Source of the DNA: Clostridia bacterium
Lineage (GTDB): Bacteria; Bacillota; Clostridia; TANB77; RGIG9151
Assembly (NCBI GenBank): GCA_017450465.1
Contig: JAFSUW010000004.1
Location: 5,604-37,603 of the forward strand
Length of the DNA: 32,000 nucleotides
Direction of reading: 5' to 3'
Shown: positions 8,101 to 15,495 of the stretch, piece after piece
How positions within the stretch are numbered: the first letter of the stretch is position 1
How the letters are laid out: every line of letters begins with the position of its first letter
Notes under the pieces: model-generated
What the model saw: the letters and a program-made list of their open reading frames with translations, nothing else
Told to the model about the DNA's origin: nothing
Databases searched by the model: none
Made by a program: the position numbers and the translations under genes

Positions 8101-8899
8101 TGTAAGTGATATAGATCCAGGAACAGGAAATGTTACTGTAACAATTACAAACAATAATACTTTGGTTGAAGGAAAGTATGCACTAGTTATAGGTTCAGGT
8201 GCATTTACTAGTGGTGGAATTTCTACAAATCAAGAGGTATGTAGTCCATTCTTAGTAAATACTACATTAAAAGGTTCTATAAGATATAGCACTACTTCTC
8301 CAACAAAAGGTAGTATAGTTGCGACATTTGTGCCAAATTATGAAATATATGAAGGATTAAAAACTATTTGGCTAAGTGGTCAAACAGGTTTTAGTCATAT
8401 ATTTACTGAAAATGGTACTTATACATTCCAAGCTGTAGATTCACTTGGAAATACTGCAAACTTTACAGCGACAGTAGACTGGATTGTAAAGAATCGTAGT
8501 GCAGTATCGATGGACTATGATGTATTAGTGGGTGGAACGATATTCCCTAAAGTAATGATAAAAACAAATAAAAGTTTTAGACTTAATCAATCAAAGCCAG
8601 TAGAATTCACCATTAAAAATGGTAGTGGTACAGATGTTACAAATAGTGCAAGTGTAACAGTATTATCAATTAGAGAGTATTATGGAGATACCGAGATAAC
8701 TGATTTGTCTACTACTTTCCCACCAGGTACGTATCTACTTACTGTTGCGGTTGGAAAGGTATTTACTGTTCCAAGTACGACATATACTGTTTCACTTAGT
8801 AAGGTAAATATAATAAATGCAACGACGGCAGAAGCTATAGAGATAGAAGGTTTAAATAGTATAAGAGCTACAACATATGCATTACTAAACTTAGACTAA
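5198..8899 (+). CDS. giant secreted/surface protein: signal-anchor, Cys-rich head, Pro/Thr linker, 5 super-repeats with Listeria-Bacteroides (InlB B-repeat, Flg_new) type modules, C-terminal Ig-like modules
   Basis: The ORF is open from 5147, but GGGAGG (5185-5190) sits 7 nt before ATG-5198 (MKKKWVVLLIFLLALFIKP). Recurrent ...GY.F.GWYT...GG......Y.P....TLYA.WT signature. ENGTYTFQAVDSLGNTANFTATVDWI-type Ig-like module near the C-terminus. Confidence 0.85.
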   Translation: MKKKWVVLLIFLLALFIKPYLDMTFKGDSEILSNYTYAYDRNNPCANCTNGNHTSCVAKTTYSCGTKKCCCGKKVVEGNHTYSVAPTSDGYHVFYCNICGGETQGLSYEEHTDGVNTFYSGNWRPGTVCIICGYQSSGGTSGSSSSSTPTPTSNPPTPTPDPTPTTTTLTVNPNGEVWNDSTSSQTFTGTTGSTKSLSNPTVSVSAISVSYNGNGGSVSGGTTTAHKTFSHWMHSGGGSLSGSTYTYGSSDGMAIAIYSNGTVTLANASRDGYTFDGWYTASSGGTYVGGAGSSYSPSNSITLYAHWTTVPQGTGTSTLTVITGAVSNTYTQAVGTTKTISNNLTKPGYTVTFDGNGGTPAVSSLSNYLIGSYTLTGGGSYNGSTYTFGTNDGTLTAFYGSRSSIVLPDAYRSGYELVGWYESNPSNASNARPGRAISPSENYTLHACWIENSNPESTPGGTTPTSYTLTVNPNGGTWSGSSSTQTFTGYTGNTKTGLTAPTKSGSCTVTLNVNGGNSISPSSYTSSYVGSWSRSGGGSLSGTTYTYGSSDGTLTGYYEYNTVTLPTPTRSNYKFVGWYTAAEGGTSVSNPYRPTGNITLYARWTPNSVSTSTLTVNPNGGTWNGSTASNTYTQQVNSTMTIANPTISNYVVTFNENGGRIIGDNVGEVNRRFLNWTNTGYKGLNGTTYTFGSTNGTITANYSDGTITLPEATRSGYILTGWYTASSGGTKFGNAGVSYPVTSNLTLYAQWTAGTSSLVVNPNGGTWRGSKEAQTIYGTYDTSVTIEDPVPPNGYGVTFDAMGGSCVDSYKVQNVTFKTWQKNGSGFMGSGYYIYGSSSGSITAVYNRYAVILPDASYAGKKLVGWYTTPTYENKVGDAGEAYVPTSTTTLYAKWSDNLLIANVDGPNPNIIGKNGVITYQITLTDPTATIDKSKIYVTPFDSSVSITEYTYGYGYSTTPSGVQVVVNVSDIDPGTGNVTVTITNNNTLVEGKYALVIGSGAFTSGGISTNQEVCSPFLVNTTLKGSIRYSTTSPTKGSIVATFVPNYEIYEGLKTIWLSGQTGFSHIFTENGTYTFQAVDSLGNTANFTATVDWIVKNRSAVSMDYDVLVGGTIFPKVMIKTNKSFRLNQSKPVEFTIKNGSGTDVTNSASVTVLSIREYYGDTEITDLSTTFPPGTYLLTVAVGKVFTVPSTTYTVSLSKVNIINATTAEAIEIEGLNSIRATTYALLNLD
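5702..7882 (+). repeat. five in-frame ~138-150-aa super-repeats inside the first giant gene (unit starts 5702, 6152, 6602, 7037, 7469)
   Basis: Each unit opens with LTVNPNGGTW.GS...QT[FY]T (unit 2 degenerate: LTVITGA) and ends with GY.[FL].GWYT..(S)GG...TLYA.W. The DNA copies are diverged. Confidence 0.85.
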
Positions 8900-8913
8900 A
8901 GGGGGGATAATTA

Positions 8914-11900
8914 GTGAAGAAAAGATATCTAATATTTTTAGCATTTCTATTAGTCTTATTTATAAAACCACTAATGGACATTAATTATTCTGGAGAAGGG
9001 GTACTTACAAATTATACATACGCATATAGTGGTAGTAATCCTTGCCTTACTTGTCAACAAGGTAATCATGCAAGTTGCCCATATTTAGCAACATATGCAT
9101 GTGGTGTAAAACATTGTTGTGAAGGTTTAAATGTAGCTTCGAATACTGTAGTAAATCATACTTATACAAATATAACTTCAACACATCACTATGTTGTATG
9201 TACTTATTGTGGTACAAATAGTCAAGAATATCATAATGATAATATAACATATAGAACAGGTGCAGATTTTACAGCATGGTGGCAACCAGGAACTACTTGT
9301 GCAATGTGTGGATATACATGTCAAGGATCTGGTTCTAGTGGTGGAGGTACTACAGTACACACTCATAATTATACAAACTATGTAAGTAAAGATAGCACAA
9401 ATCACTTTATATATTGCTCATGTGGAGCATATATATTAGAACATCATGACTTATGGACTGTAGGATATGTAACAAAATGTAGCAAATGTGATTATGTAGA
9501 TAGAAGCACACCAGATCCAGGAACTGGTTCTAATCATACACACATTTATGCAATATATGAAGACTATAATAGTACATATCATAAAGTAAGTTGTACTGCA
9601 CTAGATGCGTCGAAATACGAGGAACATACGTGGATACCATGTTGTGCAAATGGTCAACAATGTGGTGCTTGTGGACGTAAAAATCATACTAATTGTCATC
9701 AACATAGTTATACATATAGGTATGTAGAAATTAATAACACAAGTCACTACGCATACTGTAGTTGCGGTGCTTCTATAACAGAGAATCATGATATGACATA
9801 TTGTTGTGCAAATGGTAATTACTGTACGAAATGCGGACATAAAGACCATAAGTCAGAACCTGCAATACACACACATAATTTTACAGCACGTTATGTTTCA
9901 ATAAGCGCTACAAAGCATGATTCGTATTGTGTGTGTGGCGTAAAGAAAGATGGTGGAGATAATCATAACTTAGTAGCATGTGACTGTGGCAAGTCGGGTG
10001 CAAAGAAATGTTCATATAATTGTGGTTATAGAGATCATACGTGTCATTATCATAGTTACACAAGTTATGCGACATTAAATACAACAAATCATAAAAAAGT
10101 ATGTTCATGTGGTGATTATATAACAGAACCACATGATCTTATAACACTTACATGTGGTTATAAATATTGTACAAAGTGTACTTATACATCTGGTTCACAT
10201 AGTTATACAGACCACTATGTAAGTTATAGTTCATCTAGCCACTATGCTTATTGTTCATGTGGTGCAAATACTTCACAATCACATAGTTTAACTTCGTTAT
10301 CTGGTTGTGGTATATCAAAATGTAGTAAAAACTGTGGTTATACAACTGGATCGCATAAATATACGACATATACAAATAATGGTGATAGTGGGCATACAAA
10401 GACATGTGCTTGTGGTCAGTCGTCTATATCTGAAGCACATTCGCTAACAGTTTATTCATGTGGATATAAGTATTGTACTTTATGTACCTATACCTCTGGT
10501 TCGCATAGATATGTAAGTAGATATGAGCAGGTAAATGAAAATGTTCATAAGTCTTATTGTTTCTGTGGTGCGTATATTTCTGAATCGCACACATGGGAGA
10601 CTTGCTGTTATAACGGCAAAAAATGTACATATTGCGGTTATAAAGACCATGATGATGAGCATGTATGTTCGTATAACTACGCTTATGAATTCTATAGTAT
10701 GACTAAACATAAAGCTTTTTGTAGATGTGGCAACTACATTTTAGTTGATCACACTTGGACACAGTGTTGTGCAAATGGGCAAAAATGTGTATATTGTGGA
10801 GTAAAAGACCATGGCTCATGTGAGGTATCACATACGCATTCATGGCGATATGAAAACTATGATGATGAAACCAACCATAAGATGATATGTACAAATGCTT
10901 TGTGTGGAATAGTTCAGCTTGAAAATCATACATTTAACAGTAGTAATGTATGTACAAAATGTGGCTATACAAAAGCAACAGAGGCAGAGTGCACACATAA
11001 CTATAGCTATGAAAATTATGGTAATGCAGATGACCATAAGGTATCATGTACGATATGTTCAAAAGATTTAGGTACAGAGCAGCACGTAATGGTATATTGT
11101 TGTCTTGCAGGGTTAAAGTGTAGCAAGTGTGGATATAAAGACCATGCATCGGATGTTTTGTCACATGTCCATAACTATACAGCAGCATATTTAATAAAAA
11201 ATGATACGGTTCATGAAGCATATTGTATATGTAACCAGTATATAGAAGAAAACCATACATTTTCAGGGATAAGATGTACAAAATGTGGTTATGAAAAGAA
11301 CTTTACACCAGGAATTGCTGGTGGAGATCCAAATAGTCCTATAATACCTGAAGGATCGGTACCTGTAAAACCTGATCCTGATACAGGTGGTTGGATTGTA
11401 GCAGATACTACAGATCCAGAATGGTATGATTACTATAATCAAAAATGGGCAAATATTACACTTCGTGATGGACTTGTAATAGATGGAGCTAATGCTTCTG
11501 TAACTACATTAGATGGATTAGTAGGTAAAAAGGTACTTTCTATGGGTTCAATGTTTGTTTGGATACCTCGTTTTACATATAAAAATAATGGCAACGGAAA
11601 TGTAAGCATATACTTTAGTAATGGTACAAACGATTATACATCAAACTATTATGTTGCATCTCCTGCGTTCTTCTATGGTGAATATTTAGGTGGAGATCCA
11701 GGGGCCGAGTCGAGTTATGTAGATAGAAATGGAACTAATAATGAACTTGCGGGTATATGGGTTGCTAAATATATGGCAAGCAATACAGGAAGCCATATAG
11801 ATGTAAAACCATCCAAAAATGTTTATACATCTGATGTTAATACATTATTTACACTTGCAAAAAATATGGCATTAGACAGTAGTTATGGACTAACTAGTGG

Positions 11901-12921
11901 TGCAAACTCTCATATGATGAAAGCAAGCGAATGGTCGGCTATAGAATTTTTAGCAGCAGGTGCAGGACAAATTCCATTTATAAATAACAAACAGGTAACA
12001 GGTTATGCAAGTAATGGTTTAAGTGCAAATACAACTGACCCAAGTTATGTATGGGATTCAGAACTTGGTGTATTTGGAAGCACAACATATAATAAGACAG
12101 GTATATTTGATTTAAGTGGTACAACAAAAGAATATCTAGCAAGCTTCATAACAGTTGCAGGAAATGATTTAATTAATGGTGCAATTACCGAAACTACGAA
12201 TAGAAAAGACGTAGATAGGTTAGATGCAAGTTCTGCTGAAGCTGTTGGAATAGTGCCTCTTATAAGATATAAACTAGGTATAGCTGATGTTAAGAATTGG
12301 TGCGAAGATGCATTTATAACCCCAAGTACAATGCTTAGCGTCGTAAATAGAGGTGGAGAATATAATCAAGGTGCGCAAGCTGGTTTATTTGCACTAGATG
12401 GTCAAGATGGAAATTCACCTTTAGGATTTAGGCCGGTATTACTTGTATTTGAACTTGCCGATGAAGATGATGTTGCACTTATAGAGTCAGAAGTTACAGT
12501 AATGGCTGGTGGTAGTGCAATTATAAATGTAGACTTTAAGTCAAGTGAAACGTGGAGTTTTGGTAAGACTTTAGGTCAGGTATTTACAGCTGATGGTTCG
12601 GGTAAGAGAGTAATATCACTTTATACAGTAGAAACAGAGGGTACATCAGCAAAGAACTACAATATAAATGCTTCGATTGTAGGAATAGTGAAAAACGGTA
12701 CGGCGATGACGACTTCGCAAATAAACGCAATAGGTTCTTCAACCACTATGGATGCGGGAAGTTATCAGATAAAAGTATCTATAGGTGGAAGTGGAGTATT
12801 TACAGGTAGTAAAAAATATAATGTAGTGCTAGAGGAGCTAAACTTAAAACATGGCTCGAATGACATACATATTCCTGGTATTAGTTATAATGTAGTAAAA
12901 ATAAATTGTATATCAATGTAG
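8914..12921 (+). CDS. giant secreted/surface protein: signal-anchor, Cys-rich head, 13 Cys/His-rich modules, FGE-sulfatase / C-type-lectin-like domain, Ig-like tail
   Basis: GTG start 14 nt after the upstream stop, with AGGGGGG RBS, so co-transcribed. N-terminus MKKRYLIFLAFLLVLFIKP is homologous to the first protein. Confidence 0.85.
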   Translation: MKKRYLIFLAFLLVLFIKPLMDINYSGEGVLTNYTYAYSGSNPCLTCQQGNHASCPYLATYACGVKHCCEGLNVASNTVVNHTYTNITSTHHYVVCTYCGTNSQEYHNDNITYRTGADFTAWWQPGTTCAMCGYTCQGSGSSGGGTTVHTHNYTNYVSKDSTNHFIYCSCGAYILEHHDLWTVGYVTKCSKCDYVDRSTPDPGTGSNHTHIYAIYEDYNSTYHKVSCTALDASKYEEHTWIPCCANGQQCGACGRKNHTNCHQHSYTYRYVEINNTSHYAYCSCGASITENHDMTYCCANGNYCTKCGHKDHKSEPAIHTHNFTARYVSISATKHDSYCVCGVKKDGGDNHNLVACDCGKSGAKKCSYNCGYRDHTCHYHSYTSYATLNTTNHKKVCSCGDYITEPHDLITLTCGYKYCTKCTYTSGSHSYTDHYVSYSSSSHYAYCSCGANTSQSHSLTSLSGCGISKCSKNCGYTTGSHKYTTYTNNGDSGHTKTCACGQSSISEAHSLTVYSCGYKYCTLCTYTSGSHRYVSRYEQVNENVHKSYCFCGAYISESHTWETCCYNGKKCTYCGYKDHDDEHVCSYNYAYEFYSMTKHKAFCRCGNYILVDHTWTQCCANGQKCVYCGVKDHGSCEVSHTHSWRYENYDDETNHKMICTNALCGIVQLENHTFNSSNVCTKCGYTKATEAECTHNYSYENYGNADDHKVSCTICSKDLGTEQHVMVYCCLAGLKCSKCGYKDHASDVLSHVHNYTAAYLIKNDTVHEAYCICNQYIEENHTFSGIRCTKCGYEKNFTPGIAGGDPNSPIIPEGSVPVKPDPDTGGWIVADTTDPEWYDYYNQKWANITLRDGLVIDGANASVTTLDGLVGKKVLSMGSMFVWIPRFTYKNNGNGNVSIYFSNGTNDYTSNYYVASPAFFYGEYLGGDPGAESSYVDRNGTNNELAGIWVAKYMASNTGSHIDVKPSKNVYTSDVNTLFTLAKNMALDSSYGLTSGANSHMMKASEWSAIEFLAAGAGQIPFINNKQVTGYASNGLSANTTDPSYVWDSELGVFGSTTYNKTGIFDLSGTTKEYLASFITVAGNDLINGAITETTNRKDVDRLDASSAEAVGIVPLIRYKLGIADVKNWCEDAFITPSTMLSVVNRGGEYNQGAQAGLFALDGQDGNSPLGFRPVLLVFELADEDDVALIESEVTVMAGGSAIINVDFKSSETWSFGKTLGQVFTADGSGKRVISLYTVETEGTSAKNYNINASIVGIVKNGTAMTTSQINAIGSSTTMDAGSYQIKVSIGGSGVFTGSKKYNVVLEELNLKHGSNDIHIPGISYNVVKINCISM
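9157..11292 (+). repeat. 13 tandem in-frame Cys/His-rich modules (~50-60 aa each)
   Basis: Unit pattern: H-x-[HY]-x-Y-x(6-9)-H-x(2,3)-C-x-C-G-x(5,6)-H-x(3-8)-(C-C-x-N-G-x2)-C-x2-C-G-[YH]-(K-D-H). Units start at protein residues 82, 149, 208, 262, 319, 378, 429, 481, 531, 583, 640, 695 and 751. Confidence 0.85.
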
Positions 12922-12925
12922 AAAT

Positions 12926-12959
12926 AAAAAGGCAACCGTTAATTAATGGTTGCTTTTTT
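12926..12959 (+). terminator. rho-independent terminator of the two-gene operon
   Basis: AAAAA-GCAACC (12932-12937)...GGTTGC (12948-12953)-TTTTTT. Confidence 0.75.
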
Positions 12960-12998
12960 ATTTAGATAAATTGTTATTTGTATGAATAATTATATGAA

Positions 12999-13025
12999 TG
13001 GCCGATCAGGGGATCGGCCACTACA
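12999..13025. repeat. REP-like GC-rich hairpin, inverted copy
   Basis: TGGCCGATC-AGGG-GATCGGCCA followed by CTACA. It resembles the reverse complement of 13071-13097. Confidence 0.7.
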
Positions 13026-13070
13026 ATGCATCGAATGATTAGCACCAATAAATAATTTATATCTTAATAA

Positions 13071-13097
13071 TGTAGGGGCCGATGCCCACATCGGCCC
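13071..13097. repeat. REP-like GC-rich hairpin, TGTAGGGGC type
   Basis: TGTAG-GGGCCGATG-CCCA-CATCGGCCC. Same head as the element at 22883-22912. Confidence 0.7.
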
Positions 13098-13155
13098 GAA
13101 AAACAAAATTTTAAATTAGTCAGATAAACAATAATTTGTTTTACTAAAATTTCAT

Positions 13156-13183
13156 TTGACAAATAAACCAAATTGTGGTAAAT
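13156..13183 (+). promoter_or_regulatory. sigmaA-type promoter for the tyrS leader
   Basis: TTGACA (13156-13161), 16-nt spacer, TG-n-TAAATT (13175-13183). Confidence 0.55.
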
Positions 13184-13194
13184 TAAATTAAAGC

Positions 13195-13440
13195 GTTGAT
13201 AAGAAATAGTAACTAAAATATGTTTTTAAGAGAGCTGTTGTTTGGTGCGAAGCAGTAAAACAAATTTAGTGAATACATCTTGGAGCAGAATACCGAATTA
13301 AGTAGGCTATTACGGGTGCAACCGTTATATTGTAAGAGTGTATATGCACTTGATGAGGCAAGTATTGTGAAATACTTGTAAATAGAGGTGGTACCACGTA
13401 AAAACGTCCTCGGTAAGATAAACTTACCGGGGATTTTTGT
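13195..13440 (+). promoter_or_regulatory. T-box leader, tyrosine-specific
   Basis: AGAGAG and GGTGCGAAG stem I elements. Specifier loop AGTGAA-TAC-A with the Tyr codon TAC at 13274-13276. T-box sequence AATAGAGGTGGTACCACG at 13381-13398. Terminator CCTCGGTAAG / CTTACCGGGG (13408-13432) plus T-run. Confidence 0.9.
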
Positions 13441-13455
13441 ATAGGAGGGGTTTTT

Positions 13456-14679
13456 ATGAAGATTTATGAAGAATTAGTTGAACGTGGCTTAATTGCACAA
13501 GTTACTGATGAAGAAAAAATTAGGGAGTTAGTTAATAGTGGCAACGCGAAGTTTTATATAGGTTTTGACCCAACAGCAGATTCACTTCATGTAGGACATT
13601 TTATGGCACTATGTTTAATGAGAAGATTACAACTTGCGGGTAATAAACCAGTAGCATTAATCGGTGGTGGCACAGGATATATTGGTGATCCATCAGGCAG
13701 AACAGATATGCGTACAATGATGACACCTGAAATAATTGAACACAACTGTGCATGTTTTAAGAAACAGATGGAAAGATTTATTCATTTTGATGGTGATAAT
13801 GCTGCAATAATGGTAAATAACGCTGATTGGCTACTTAAACTTAATTACATAGAAATGTTAAGAGAAGTAGGAGCTTGTTTTTCAGTAAATAATATGCTTC
13901 GTGCAGAATGTTACAAGCAAAGAATGGAAAGAGGTTTATCATTCTTGGAATTTAACTACATGATAATGCAATCATACGATTTTTATCATTTGTTTAAGGA
14001 ATATGATTGTAATATGCAGTTTGGCGGCGATGATCAATGGTCAAATATGCTAGGTGGTACAGAACTGATTCGTAAAAAACTTGGTAAAGATGCTTTTGCG
14101 ATGACAATTACATTACTATTAAATTCTGAGGGTAAGAAGATGGGTAAAACAGCAAATGGTGCTGTATGGCTTGATCCAAATAAGACATCTCCTTTTGAGT
14201 TTTTCCAATACTGGAGGAATGTTGAAGATGCGGATGTTATAAATTGCTTAAAGATGCTTACATTTTTACCACTTGAAGAAATTAAAAAGTATGAACATTT
14301 AACAGGTAGTGAATTAAATCCAGTAAAGGAATTGCTTGCTTATGAACTTACAAGTTTAGTGCATGGTGAAGAAGAGGCAAATAAAGCACGAGAAGGGGCA
14401 AGGAGCCTATTTGTAAGTGGTGGTGATACAACTAATATGCCTACAACAAAACTTGACTCTACGGACTTTGTAGAAGACGAAATAGGGGTATTAGATTTAT
14501 TAGTAAAAACTGCTCTTGCACCATCTAAAAAAGAGGCAAGAAGACTAGTAGAGCAAGGTGGAGTAGAAGTTAATAGTGAAAAAGTTACCGATGTAAATAA
14601 AAAATTAGGTAAAGCAGATTTTGAAAAAGAAGTTATAATTAAAAAAGGCAAGAAGACTTTCCACAAAGTAACTTTATAG
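13456..14679 (+). CDS. tyrS: tyrosine--tRNA ligase
   Basis: 407 aa. HIGH-type motif HVGH, KMSKS-type motif KMGKT, C-terminal S4-like domain. Preceded by the Tyr T-box. Confidence 0.95.
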   Translation: MKIYEELVERGLIAQVTDEEKIRELVNSGNAKFYIGFDPTADSLHVGHFMALCLMRRLQLAGNKPVALIGGGTGYIGDPSGRTDMRTMMTPEIIEHNCACFKKQMERFIHFDGDNAAIMVNNADWLLKLNYIEMLREVGACFSVNNMLRAECYKQRMERGLSFLEFNYMIMQSYDFYHLFKEYDCNMQFGGDDQWSNMLGGTELIRKKLGKDAFAMTITLLLNSEGKKMGKTANGAVWLDPNKTSPFEFFQYWRNVEDADVINCLKMLTFLPLEEIKKYEHLTGSELNPVKELLAYELTSLVHGEEEANKAREGARSLFVSGGDTTNMPTTKLDSTDFVEDEIGVLDLLVKTALAPSKKEARRLVEQGGVEVNSEKVTDVNKKLGKADFEKEVIIKKGKKTFHKVTL

Positions 14680-14695
14680 GCGAAAGGAGTATCCT

Positions 14696-15484
14696 ATGCA
14701 AAAACAAAGGCTTGATACACTACTTGTTGAAAAAGGTTTTTTCCCATCACGTGAAAAGGCGAAGGCCTCAATAATGGCTGGAGTAGTGTTTGTAGATAAT
14801 CAAAAAGTAGATAAAGCTGGAGAAGAAGTAAAAGTAGAGGCTATAATAGAAGTGCGAGAGAATATATGCCCCTATGTAAGTCGTGGTGGCTTAAAACTTG
14901 AAAAGGCGGTTAATGAATTTAACTTAATTCTTTCGGGTAAGATATGTATGGATATGGGTGCGTCTACAGGTGGTTTTACCGATTGTATGCTTAAAAATGG
15001 TGCGGTAAAAGTATATGCAGTTGATGTTGGATATGGACAGCTTGATTGGAAACTTCGTACAGACGAACGTGTAGTGTGCATGGAACGTACAAACGTTAGG
15101 TACTTAACTGAGAATGAAATAACTGAAAAACTAGATTTTGTATCTATCGATGTATCCTTCATTTCGCTTACGAAAGTTTTACCTGTAGCATATAATTTAA
15201 CTAAAGAAACTGGCGAAGTTGTGGCATTAATAAAACCACAATTTGAAGCAAGGCGTGAGCAGGTAGGTAAAAAGGGAGTAATAAAAGATCCTTTAGTACA
15301 TAAGGAAGTTATCGAAAAGGTTATAGATTTTTCAAAAGAGTTAGGGTTCAAAATAAAAAATTTGAGTTTTTCTCCAATTAAAGGACCGGAAGGTAACATA
15401 GAGTTTTTACTATATCTATCTAAACAAGAGGAAAACGAGTATGATGTAGATAGTGTAGTAAAAAGTGCAAATGATACACTTTAG
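14696..15484 (+). CDS. tlyA: TlyA-family rRNA 2'-O-methyltransferase (S4 domain + FtsJ-like MTase)
   Basis: 262 aa. N-terminal S4 RNA-binding region (RLDTLLVEKGFFPSREKAKASIMAG). SAM motif DMGASTGGFTDCML. Confidence 0.85.
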   Translation: MQKQRLDTLLVEKGFFPSREKAKASIMAGVVFVDNQKVDKAGEEVKVEAIIEVRENICPYVSRGGLKLEKAVNEFNLILSGKICMDMGASTGGFTDCMLKNGAVKVYAVDVGYGQLDWKLRTDERVVCMERTNVRYLTENEITEKLDFVSIDVSFISLTKVLPVAYNLTKETGEVVALIKPQFEARREQVGKKGVIKDPLVHKEVIEKVIDFSKELGFKIKNLSFSPIKGPEGNIEFLLYLSKQEENEYDVDSVVKSANDTL

Positions 15485-15495
15485 GGGGTGATTTT

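Noticed and set aside
9047-11281. Cluster of 65-115-aa minus-strand and off-frame ORFs inside the second giant gene
   Set aside because: They overlap a long, internally repetitive, clearly coding + strand frame. Their translations are low-complexity (Y/H/L/M/I rich) mirror images of Cys/His/Tyr codons. None has an RBS.
14340-15399. 108-aa and 175-aa minus-strand ORFs inside tyrS and tlyA
   Set aside because: They are antisense to confidently identified genes, have low-complexity Ser/Thr/Phe-rich translations, and lack RBSs.
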